Positions 1 through 12,500 of a stretch of 64,000 nucleotides of DNA are shown piece after piece. Below the pieces are notes generated by a model. The model had not been told where the DNA came from, searched no databases, and worked only from the letters and a program-made list of their open reading frames with translations. The stretch is from Mobula hypostoma. Its lineage: Eukaryota. The position numbers and the translations under genes were made by a program. The stretch's first letter is position 1. The number at the start of each line of letters is the position of its first letter. The stretch is taken from positions 110,982,001-111,046,000 of the forward strand of contig NC_086108.1 of NCBI RefSeq assembly GCF_963921235.1. The letters are read 5' to 3'.

Positions 1-225
1 GCGTCCAGCACTCTGTGTAAAACAGCTTGCCCCTCACAGCTCCTTTGAAATTACCCCCTCCTCACTTTAAATCACGCCCCCTGGTATTAGACATTACAAC
101 CCTGGGAAAAGGATACTGTCTGTCTACTCTACCTAAACCTCACATAATCTTATAAACCTCTGTCAGATCTCCCCTCAGCCTCCGGCGCTCCAGAGGAGAA
201 AACCCAAGTTTGTCCAACCTCTCAT
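1..225 (-). mobile_element. CR1-like LINE 3' fragment
   Basis: Minus-strand translation ERLDKLGFSPLERRRLRGDLTEVYKIM is the CR1 ORF2 C-terminus. Confidence 0.8.
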
Positions 226-229
226 TTCT

Positions 230-544
230 TTTTCTATGAGGCTGGAGGGGCAAAAACAGGAAACAGGGACAGCTGAAGGACTTTGCTGCCCCTGAGGAGG
301 AGAGCTCATTGATTAGCCCATTGGAGCCTCTTAAGAACCAAAGTGGCTTCTTTATCACGTCTCCTTTTGACATCAGGGAGCTGTAATCAGGGTCACTGGA
401 GGAGGTGATTAATCAATCCCCGTTGTACCTGTCAGGGAGCGGAGCAGAAAAACATGTTGAAGTGTTTGTGACATCTCAGGAAAGGAAGAACGAGGTCACG
501 ACAGCTCATAGCTCTACAGGACAGACGCTGTGGAGCATTCTGCA
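230..544 (+). promoter_or_regulatory. Putative proximal promoter / 5'UTR of the receptor gene
   Basis: Non-repetitive stretch between a CR1 3' fragment and the ATG at 545. Contains four TAATCA sites and RGGTCA half-sites. TSS not determined. Confidence 0.4.
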
Positions 545-598
545 ATGGGACGTGAGAAACAGTCGGCTCTTTTATGGATCTTTCCTTTCTTCTTTGTG
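545..598 (+). CDS. Exon 1 (coding part): signal peptide MGREKQSALLWIFPFFFV
   Basis: gcaATGg start context; hydrophobic core; consensus donor GTG|gtaagt at 599; phase 0 joins exon 2 to give ...FFVVAQS|WHDL. Confidence 0.75.
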
Positions 599-3500
599 GT
601 AAGTACTTGTGACAACTTCACTCTCTCTATCACTGAACTGCTCCCACAAATTATCGACTCCTTTTAAAGACTCTTCATCTCACATTCTCAATATTTATTG
701 CTTATTATTTTTTTTATATTTTTTCTTTTTGTATTTGAATAGTTTGTTGTCTTTTGTTTGTACTTGGGTTGATTGTGCGTCTTGTGTTTTCCATTGCTTC
801 GAAGATGTTTCTTTGTACTTACAGTGAATGCCTGCAAGAAGATGAATCTCAGGGTATGATATGGTGACATATATGTACTTTGATAATAAATTTATTTTGA
901 ACTTTGAACTTTGAATTAATTAGCACACCTCTGTTAAGAAACGATCGCCCCCCCCACCACCCCCGTTCACTTCACTGGGATGTGTGCTTGTTTTGTCCAA
1001 TGGACCCTTGTTTTAGAATATGTGCCAGTGATGAAAATTGCAGAGATTAAGTTGTTAGTAAAAATAAGCTGGAGTAGCACACACACAAAATGCTGGAGGA
1101 ATTCAGGAGTTCAGGCAGGATCTAAGGGGAGGAATAAACAGTCAACGTTTTGGGCTGAGACCCTTCTTTGGGGCTGGAAAGGAAGGGGGCAGAACCCTAA
1201 GGAGAAGGAGGGGGTGGGGGAAGGGCAAAAAGAGCTGATAAAAGACCTCAGCTTGAAACTTTGACTGTTTACTCTTTTCCACAGATGCTACCTGACCTGC
1301 TGAGTTCCTCCGGCATTTTGTGTGGCTTACTTTAGAGTTCCAGCATCTGCAGAATCTCTTGTGTTTACATATATGTCAGCTGGGTACGGCAGATTGTACA
1401 AGTGCAAAGCAAAAATTGTTGGGCTGCTTATCTGAGGAAGGATGTGCTGGCATTGGAGAGGGTCCCGAGGAGGTTCATGAGAATGATCCTGGGAATGAAA
1501 GGGTTAACATGAGGAGCATTTGATGGCTCTGGGCATGACTCACTGGAGTTTAGAAGAATGAAAGGGGATCTCATTAAAACCTATCAAATATTGAAAGACC
1601 TAATTAGAGTGCACATGGAGAAGATATTTCCAATAGTGGGGGAGCCTAGGACCAGAGAGCACAGCCTCAGAACAGAGAGATCCCTTGTCATAATGAGTTC
1701 TATCTTGTGGTTTTATGGTCTTTATGCATAGATTAAATTTTATAGTCATAAAATCATGCTAAGGACAGGTGTGTCTGTACATAAGGTGACTGACAGGAAA
1801 TGATGAAGTAGTGATGGTTGGGGGTGTAGAGGGGTGGGTTACTAGGTGGGGGTGTTGATCAGCCTTACTGCTAGGAGAAAGTAACTGTTTTTGAGTCTGG
1901 TGGCTCTGGTGTGGAAGCGGTGTAGCCTTCTCCCTGATGGGAGTGGGACAAAGCGTCCATGAGCAGGGTGGGTGGGATCCTTCATGATGTTACTGGTCTT
2001 TGTCTGGCACCTTTCTGTATGTATGTCCTTGATGGTGGGTAGGCTGTTGCTGGTGATACACTGGGCAGTTTTGACTCCCCGTGGTAGAGCCTCCCAAACC
2101 ACCACATCCATACCATGCCGTGAAGCAGCTTGTCAGGATGGGGATAAATTGGAGAGAAGTTATAGTTCTGGTCGCTCCATTACAGGAAGGATGTGGAGGC
2201 TTTGGAGAGGGTGCAGGAGAGACTCACCAGGATGCTGCCTGGATTAGAGGTATGGATTATAAGGAGAGGGTAGACAAAGTTGAATTGTTTTCACAAAAGT
2301 GTTGGAGAGGAGTCTGAGAAATTTGTTTGTAGGCTTCTCAGAGCCCCTCTGCCTTGGATTTGAAATGAGCAATGTTAAATCATAAACCTAAGATTCTGCA
2401 AACGTTGGAAATCCAGACTAACATACAAAAATGCTGAAGGAACTCAGCAGGTCAGGCAGCATCTATGGAGCTGAATAAACAGTGAACATTTCGGGCTGAG
2501 ACCCTTCATTAGGACTGGAAAGGAAGGGGAGGGGATGTCAGAATAAGAAGGTGGAGAGGGGAAGGATTACAAAATAACAGCTGATTGGTGAGATCAAGTG
2601 AGGGGTCAGGGAGTTGGGGGGGTCCTGACGAAGGGTCTCGGCCTGAAATGTCGACTGTACCTCTTCCTAGAGATTCTGCCTGGCCTGCTGCGTTCACCAG
2701 CAACTTTGATGTGTGTTGCTGAGATTCATACATGCTGGCAGGGGGCTCGGTCGTCTTGCAGCCTGGGGAAAGAAGATTATTCCTCACTGCAGACTGATCA
2801 TGATTTAACTCAGTTAACCTTTCATCCAAACGCTTCCAACAAAGTTCATATAACCATAAGGCATAGGAACAGAATTAGGCCATTTGGCCCATCAAGTCTG
2901 CTCCATCATGGCTGATTTGTTATCCCTCTCAACCCCATTCTCCTGCCTTTCCCCATAACCTTTGATGCTTTCACTATCAACCTCTGCTTTAAATATACTC
3001 AATGACTTGGCCTCCGCAGCTGCCTATGGCAATGAATTTCACTGATCCCCCACCCTCTGGCTAAAGAAATTCCTCATCTCTGTTCTAAATGGTGTCCCTC
3101 TATTCTGAGCCTGTGCCCTCTGGTCCTAGACTCACCTGCTATAGGAAACATCCTCTCCAAGTCCACTCTATCTCACCCCTTCAATGCTCGATAGGTTTCA
3201 ATGAGATCCCGCACCCCCTCCATTCTTCTAAGCTCCAGCAAGTACAGGCACAGAGCCATGAAATACTCTTCATATGTTATCCTCATAAACCTCCTCCTCT
3301 GGAGTCAAACTGAAACAGCAAAGTTCAAGATTCCCAATTGTTTAATGCTACTTCCATTACACGAGTGTAAAGGAGAACAAAATCATTGTCACTCTCGATG
3401 TGATGCAGCACAAAATGCACACAACAGGATAAAGGACACAATAATAATGAAAACGCCATAAATATAAATACATAAGATAGCTTACATACATAGATTGATT

Positions 3501-6500
3501 GTATGTCCAAAAAGGTTTCAGAGGTTTAATATCAGAGAAATGTATACAATATACATCCTGAAATGCTTTTTCTTCGCAACCATCCACAAAAATAGAAGAA
3601 TGTATGACAGCTAAATGTTAGAACCACAAAGTATCCCCAGCTCCCCTCTCCCCCACACGTAAGAGGCAGCAAGCAATGGACCTCCTCCCCCTACCAGCAA
3701 AATAAAAGCATCGACACCCACCACCATGCACTCAAGCATGCAGCAAAGCAACAGCAAAGACACAGACTTGCAGTACCCCAAAGACTGCTCCTTCACCCAG
3801 TATTCGACATACCACAAGCTCTCTCTCTCCCGAATAAGGGAGAAAGAGATGTCCCCATTTCACAGCAAGAAGACAGACGTAACAAACAACTCGCTGGTTT
3901 ATGATGTTAAAAGTCCATTGCGTCACTTTTTCTGAGCTTTGAACCCAAAGATTTCAGGTCTCGGGGCACACCGCCATAGGTCTTCTGACTCCCATGACAT
4001 CTGCTGCCCGGACGCCGACTTTCGATCCGCCCTTCTCCAGAGCCAGGAGATCTCGGACCTCCGAAGGCGAGCTAAACTCTTAGGCCGTGTCCTTGGCATG
4101 TCGAATAACGGCCAGTCATGAAGCCCCAACAGCGGGTCCCATGCCCGCAAAGAACCAAAGTCAGTGTGTAACTCCGTGTCAGGGTCTTCAGAAGAACCCT
4201 GAAAGGGAAAAATAGAGATATCAAAGATGGAAATAGAGCTGTTTTGGAAGATGCAAGCGAAGGAGTTGCTGTTTAGCGCCATAATGACACTAAAGTAAGT
4301 CTGATCAGCCCCTCCACCCACTAACCCACTCCTCCACACCCCAAACCATGACTACTTTATCACTTCCTGTCAGTTATCTTACATACAGACACTCCTGTGC
4401 CTAATGTTGCATTAAGGACATACAATCAATGTATGTGTATAAGCTATCTTATGTATTTACATATACCGTGCTTTTAAATTATTATCGTGTTCTTTATCTT
4501 ATTGTGTTGTTTTCTGAGTTGGATTGGATCTGGAGTAATAATTATTTTGTTCTCCTTTACATTTGTCCTTGGGCAAGTCCCCACCCCCCAACCCTACAAA
4601 CCCCCGGTCAGGGTCACGCGAAGTCACGAGAGCAAGTGGTGGATGGTCGTACGAGCAGATGCTGCAGATCACAAGTCCTGGATATGTGACCACTGACGCC
4701 AGGCAGACAATGATAATGGATGGGGTCACCCGTCTTGTAAAGACACTGCCCAGAAGAAGACAATGGCAAACCACTTCTGTAGAAAAATTTGCCATGGTCG
4801 TGGAAAGGCCATGATCACCCACGTCATACAACACAGCACATAACCATGATGATGAGTTACACTTGTGTACTGGAAATGACATGAAATAATCTTGAATCCC
4901 TACAGATGGCATTGAGGTAGAACAATGCAGAATAAAGAGAACAGCTGTGAGAACGTGCAGTGCTGACAGACACTAAGGTGTAAGATTATAACGAGGTAGA
5001 TTGTGAGGTCCAGTGTCCATCTTACTGTATTCTGGAACTGTTCAATTGTCTTATACAGCGGGGTAAACGCAGTCCTTGAGCCTGGTAGTATGCATTTTCA
5101 GGTTTATGTGCCTTCTGCCCAATGGGGGAGCAGGGAACAGAGAATACGTGGGGTGGGTGGGGTTTTTGGTGATGCCAGCTGCTTTACCAAGGCAGCAGTA
5201 AGTGTAGACAGAGTCCATAGAGTGGAGGCTGCTGTCTGTGATGGGCTGAGCTGTGTCCACCAGGGGTGGTGGTAGAGGCAGCTACATGAGGGGCATTTAA
5301 GAACCTCTTAAATCGGCACGTGGATGATGGAAAGATGGAGGGCAAGGTTAGATTGATCTTGAAGTAGGTTAAAAGGTCAGCACAACATCGTGGACTGAAA
5401 AGACTGCACTGTGCTGTAATGTTTCACGTTCTTTGTTCTAACTCTCTGCAGTTTTTGTGGTCACGGGCAGAGCAGCTGCCAAACCAAACTGTGATGCAAG
5501 GATCTGACAAGTGGAGTTCATTATGTTAAACATGGATCTGGGCATAGTGAGCCTATTGTTTAAAGAGGCGGCAAGAGTCCACGAAGGGGAGGCTGGTTTA
5601 TGAGGCCTGCTTCCGTTGTGCGCACAGACATCACTAAACAACAGTTTGTCTCCTGTCTGTTGCTGAGGTTCTCGCTGGTGTGATAGGTCTGGTTGTAATC
5701 TCTCTCCACAGGTTGCTCAGAGCTGGCATGACCTGGACAATACTGAATACGACTGCTGGCCCATGGAACAGCCGGATGAACACAACATGATCGACTGCGC
5801 TGGTATGGCACTGCCATCTGGAAATAACAGGGAAATGGTTTGTTATGGTCTTGTAGAGTCATAGAGCACTACAGTACAGAAACAGGCCCTTTGACCCATC
5901 TAATCCGTACTGAACTCTTTGTTATTCTATCTAGTCCCATTGACCTGCATTTGGAACATAGTTCTCCATTCCACTTAAGATCATAAGTCCATAAGACATA
6001 GGAGCAGAGTTAGGCCATTCAGCCCATCAATTCTGCTCCGCCATTCCATCATGGTTGATCCCAGATCCCACTGAACCCCATACAGCTAACTTCTCACCAT
6101 TACCTTTGATGCCCAGACCAATCAAGAAACTATCAACTTCCACCTTAAACGGTCTTGGCCTCCACCGCAGTCTGTGGCAGTGCATTCCACAGATTCACTA
6201 CTCTCTGGCTAAAAAAATTCCTCCTTACCTCTGTTCTAAGATGATGCCCCTCAATTATGAGGCTGTGCCCCCTGGTTCTGGATACCCCCACCATAGGAAA
6301 CATCCTCTTCACATCCACCCTATCTGGTCCTTTCGACATTTGGTAGGTTTCAATAAGATCCCCCTGCATTCTTCCAAATTCCATTGAGTACAGGCCTAAA
6401 GATGCCAAGTGCTCCTCATATGTTAACCCCTTCATTCTCAGAATCATCCTCATGAACCTCCTCTGGACTGTTTCCAATGACAACACATCCTTTCAGAGAT

Positions 6501-9500
6501 ATGGGGCTCAAAACGGTTGACTAGTGCGGCCTGACTAGTGTCTAATAAAGCCTTTGCATTATCTCCTTGTTTTTATATTCTATTCCCCATGGAATAAATG
6601 CCAATATTGCATTTGCCTTCTTTACCACAGACTCAACCTGTAAATTAACCTCTGGGAGACTTCCACGAGGACTCCCAAGTCCCTCTACACCTCTGATGCT
6701 TGAACCTTCTCCACCTTTTAGATATTCATCCACACTATTGTTCCTTTTACCAAAATGCATTATCATACATTTCCCAACACTGCATAACATCTGTCACTTC
6801 TTTGCTCATTCTTCCAATTTGTCAAAGTCCTGCTGCAATCACATTGCTTCCTCAGCATGAACTACCACTCCACCTATCTTTGTACCATCTTCAAACTTTG
6901 CCACAAAGCCACCAATTCCATTATCCAAATCATTGACAAACAATGTGGAAAGTAGCAGTCCCAATACTGACCCCTGAGGAACACCACTAGTCACTGGCAG
7001 CCAACCAGAAAAGGCCCCTTTGATTCCCACTCGCTGCCTCCTGCCTGTCAACTATTCCTCTATCCATGCTAGTATCTTTCCTGCAATGCCAAAGAATTTT
7101 ATCTTGTTAAGCAGCCTCATGTGTGGCACCTTATCAAATGCCTTCTGAAAATCTAAGTAACTAAGACTGCCCCTCCTTTGTTCACCCTGCTTGTTGGTTC
7201 TCGAAGAACTCTAACAGAATTGTCAGGCAAGATTTCCCTTTACAGAAACCATGTTGATTTTGACTCATTCCCATCTATCTACTTACCCAAACTTCTCTTA
7301 AATATAGAAATCAAACCACCATCCACCACCTCCGCTGGCAGCTGGTTCCACCCTCTCATCACCCTCTGAGTGAAGAAGTTCCCACTCAGGTTCCTGCTTA
7401 AAAATTTCATCTTTCACACTTAAACTATGACCTCTGTTCCTGTCTCACCCAGCCTCAGAGGGAAAACATCTGCTAGCATTTACCCCATCTAATTCGTGTA
7501 TCTTTATCAAATCTCCCCCCTTTCTTCTACAATACGCTCCAGAGAATAAAGTCCAGGTCTATTTAACATCTCCCTTTAATTCAGGTCCTCAAGTCCCAGG
7601 AGCATCCTCATATATTTTCTCTGTACTCTTTCAGTCTTATTGACACCGTGTGCAAAGATACAGTGTAAAGCTTCTCTTTTCACACAACAGTTGGAGTATC
7701 ATGTTCATTTCCGGTTGCCTAATTGTAAGAAGGAGTAGAGTCTTTAGAGAGGATACAGAGGAGATTTACCAGACTGCTGCCTGGATTAGAGAGGGAAGGA
7801 GGATGAGGAGTGACTTGATAAAGTGTACAAGATGATAAGAGGCTTAAAAGTAGATAGCCAGAGACTTTTTCCCAGGGTAGAAATTGCTAATACAAGGCGA
7901 CACAATTTTAAGTTAATTGGAAGAAAGAACAGAGGTGTTTTTTCACATAGAGAGTGGTGAGCATGTGCAGCATGCTGCAGGTACATTAGGGACATTTAAG
8001 AGCCCTTCAAGCACAAAAAAGATGCAAAAAATTGTAAACAGCCAGCCCCATCATGGGCACGAGCCTCCTCAGCATCCAGAACACCTTCAAAAGACGATGT
8101 CTTGAAAAGACGGCATCTACCATTATAGACTACCATCACCCAGGACATGCTGTCTTCTCATTGCTACCATCATGGAGGAGCTACAGAAGCCTGAAGGGGC
8201 ACACTCTACATTTCAGAAACAGTTTCTTCCTCTCCACCGTCAGATTTCTGAATGGACAATGAACCCACAAACGCTACTTTTTTTCTTCATTTGTTTTTGC
8301 TCTCTTTTTGCACTACTTAGTTCAATTAATTTTTGTTCGTGTGCCTATATTTCTTATTGTAATTTATAGTTTTTTTACTATTATGTACTGCAGGGTACTG
8401 CTGCAGTGAACAACAAATTTCATGAAATGCACCAGTGATATTAAACCTGATTCTGTCAGGCATGGAATATTATTGGAGGTTGTCTGGGCTGTTTGGAGAT
8501 GACCGTGGAGATCTGCCAGTAAACTTCAGCAGATCTCTCCTGTCCTGGAGGGGATGTCTGTGCTGATAGAGTCCTGCAGTCTGACAGAGTCAATAGGTGA
8601 CTGGGAGAGGGGCCTGGTGAAAGCTGAGAGGAAATTTGCACAGGGGGAGGGAAATTACAACTGGGGCAATGGCTACAAAATCAGAATTGGATTTATTCTC
8701 GTAAAGTTTTTTGTTTTGTGGCATCTGTACAGTACAAGACATTAAAAAAAACTATTCAGGGCTACGATAGTGCAAAAGAGGGACAATGAGGTGGTTTTCG
8801 TGGGTTCATTGTCCATTCAGATATCCGATGATGGAGGGGAAGTAACTGTTCCTGAATCGTTGAGTGGGTGTCTCCAGGTTCCTGTACCTCCTCCCTGATG
8901 ATTGGAATGAGAGATGGTGAGGGTCTTTCATGATCGACGCTGCCTTTTTGAGGAACCACCTCTTGAAGATGTCCCTGATGCTGGAGGTGGCTGAACCTAC
9001 AATCCTTTGCATCCCCTCATAATCATGTTCACTGGAGCCTCCGTACCAGACTGTGATGTAATTAGTCAGAATCCATGGTATGTCTGTGGAGATTTGTGAG
9101 TGTCCTTGGTGGTTTACCAAATCTCCTCAAACTCTTAACAAAGTACAGATGCTGGCCTGCCTTATTCATGATTGCATTAATGAGAAGAGGGCGTGTTCCA
9201 GATAGTGAGGGTCCTCAGTGATGGATGCCGCCGTCTGGAGGCATGGCCCATGCCTGCAGTTTTCAGTGCTGTCCTGTCTCCAACTCCCACTGGCGCCGTC
9301 GCCGCTAATACCACAGTGCTCTCCGCTGTTCTTCCTCCAGGGCTGGAGATGAGCTGGGTGGACCGACCTCCAGAGAAAGTGCGGAGCGGTGAGGAGTTTA
9401 ATGTCACCTACAGCGTCAGCGCTTCCGATGATTTCTACCGCGTGGCTGTCGCAAATGGGATCCTGGAGTACAGGTGGGTATACAGCATTGAAACTGGCCC

Positions 9501-12500
9501 TTGGGCCCATCCTGTCTCTGCTGACCATGGTGCTGATTTAAACTGCACGTTGTCCAGATCTCTCCCCTCTCTGTGTACCTGTTACTCTTGCACTAAGTAA
9601 GTAGTGCAAAAAGAAAGTTAAAAGTGAGGAAGTGTTGTTGGGTTCATGGACCATTCAGAAATCAGATGGCAGAGTGGAAGAAGCTGTTGCTAAGAAGTTG
9701 AGTGTGTGTCTTCAGACTCTTGTAGCTCCCCCCGATGGTAACAATGAGAAGAGGGTATGTCTTATTATTGTATTTCATAATTCAATTTATTTTATTAGAT
9801 TGCTTATAAATATGGGATACCGCGATTGTATGTGTGATTCATATATAGTGCATTATGGGCAAGCTTATTTTGATTTATAATAAGTATCTTTATGAATTCT
9901 GTATTTATGTATATGAAATTTAATAAATTTAATAAAAATACTGGAAAAAGAAGAGGGTATGTCCCAGATGGTGGGGCCCCTCATGTTGGATCCACCTTCC
10001 TGAGGCTTTGCCTTTCAAAGATGTCCTCAGTGGTAGGAGGGGGCTAGTCCCCAGTTGAAATTGGTTCTGCATATCTGTTCAAAATGGATACTTATAAATT
10101 ATGTGAAAGCAAGTGTTGAGATTAGACTATAGGATATAGAAGCAGAATCATACCATTCAGGCTATCAAGTCTGCTACACCATTTTATCATGGCTGACTTA
10201 TTATCCCTCTCAATCCCCAATATCCTGCCTTCTCCCTGTAACCTTCTACACCCTAACTAATCACGAATCTATCAACCTCTGCTTTAAATATGCCCAATGA
10301 CTAGGCCTCCACTAGGCTGCCCGTGGCAATGAATTTCACAGATTCACTACCCTCTGCCAAAAGAAATTCCTCCTCATCTCTGTTCTAGAAGCACTTCCCT
10401 CTATTCTGAGGCTGTGCACTCTGGTCCGAGACTCCCTAGATTAGAAGCCAGGTTACTTGTTACTTTTTCAAGTCTGGCATGACTTTTTTCAGGACAAGAT
10501 TGATTTGAATGTGGTTTTTCACTATGGTAATTCACAAATGCATTAAATGTTCTGAAATGCTGTTGTGCAGGTCATTTCTGTACAGAGAATGTATTCAGCA
10601 GACCTATTTAGTATATTGGTTTTGTTGTAGATTTTCAAAACGAGTGAGTTTTTGTTATAAAGGAAAAAGACAATTGACTGATCATTGAGATGCCCTGTTC
10701 AACCCCGTCACTTCAGAATATCAGCTATATAAATGCTTTTAAGTACAACATTGCTGTGGCACAGAGGGCATGAGACCCCCTCCTCTGCCTGCTCCTGGGC
10801 ACGGACAACTCGGGCATTCACAGGTCATGAGTCGTCAAGCTGCCTGGGCCTGTACGTGTTGGATTTTAGGAGAATGAGGGAGGATCTCATTGAAACTTAC
10901 TGAACATTGAAAGGCCTGGGAAGAGTGGATGTGGAGAGGATGTTTCCTATAGTGGGGGAAGTCTAGGACCAGAGGCCATAGCCTTAGAATAGAGGGACGC
11001 CCATTCAGAACACAAATGAGGAGGAATTTATTCAGCTAGAGGGTGGTGAATCTGTGGAATTCATTGCCACACACTCCACTGTGACTGTGGAGGCCAAGTC
11101 ATTGGGTATACTTAAGGCAGCGGTTGATAGGTTCCTGATTAGTCAGGGAGTCAAAGGTTACCGGGAGAAGTCAGAAGACTGGGGTTGAGGGGGATAATAA
11201 ATCAGCCATGATGGAATGGTGGAATAGATTCAATGGGCTGAATGGTGTAACTTTGCTCCTTGGTCATATGGTCTAATTCCAATGACTGTACGAAACTGTG
11301 GGGAGTTGTGGGCATAGCTCAGCACATCATGGAAGCCAGCCTTTCCTCACTGCCTCAGTAAAGCAGCCAGCATAATCAAATACCCCACCCCCTCGGACAT
11401 TCTCTCTTCTCCCGTCTCCCTTTGGGCAGAAGATACAAAAGCCTGAAAGCACGTACCACCAGGCTCAAAGACAACTTCTACCCCGCTGTTATTAGACTCA
11501 TAAATGGACCTCTTTTATGATGAGATGAACTCTTGGCCTCATAATCTACCTCATTATGACGGTAGACTTTATTGTTTATCTGCCAGCCCCTTTTCAGTAC
11601 ATTTATTCTGTATTTTAAAAAAAATTTTAATTAGATTAAATTAGAGTAACTTTATTTGTCACATGTACATTGAAAGATACATCAGTTCCATCAAGGATGT
11701 GCTGGGGACAGCCCGCGAGGGTAACCATTCTTTTTGCAAGAAGAAGGCATGCCCACAATTTTACTAACCCTAGCTGATGGGAGGAAACTCACTTGGTCAC
11801 AGGGAGCACGTTCAAACTCCTTACAGACAGCAGTGGAAATTGAGCCCTAATCTAACAGCTGGTACTGTGAAGTGTTACGCTAACCACGCCACCCAATTTG
11901 TCTAGCTCGTTTTTAGTAGCTTTTGCATTGTCATTGATTTTATTTGATTAGATTAGATTTGATTGGATCATCTTTATCTGTCACATGTACAGTACATTGA
12001 AACATGCAGTGAAATACATCGTTTGTGTCAACGACCAACAGTCTGAAGACGAGCTGGAGCCAGCCTGCAAGTGTCGTCATGCTTACATAAGAACATAAGA
12101 ACATGAGAAATAGGAGCAGGAGTCGGCCATCCAGCCCATCAAGCCTGCTCCGCCATTCCATAAGATCATGGACTCATCTCCAGCTACCTGCCTTTTTCCC
12201 ATAACCCTTAATTCTTCTCATCATCATCATCAGGTGCCATGCCCAGTTTGAGCTTTGACTGCCATGGCCCACACACTCCTGTTTCGGGTCAAGTGGATCA
12301 ATTCATTGGTACTCATTTCCAGTTCTCTGGCTGCCGTCTCCAACATCAATTGTCTTTGTCTTCCTCTTGCCTTCTTCCCTTCAATCTTTCCCATAATTAC
12401 CGTGCATTCTAACTCCTCTTTCCTAATCACATGTCCAATGAAGTTACGTTGCCTTTTCATGATCTCATACATTATTTCTCTTTTTGTGTTTGCTCTGTTC

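Noticed and set aside
9193..9600. 135-aa single-exon ORF as a standalone gene
   Set aside because: Only 9341-9473 is bounded by splice sites and fits the gene model; the upstream part overlaps a Rex-type repeat fragment.
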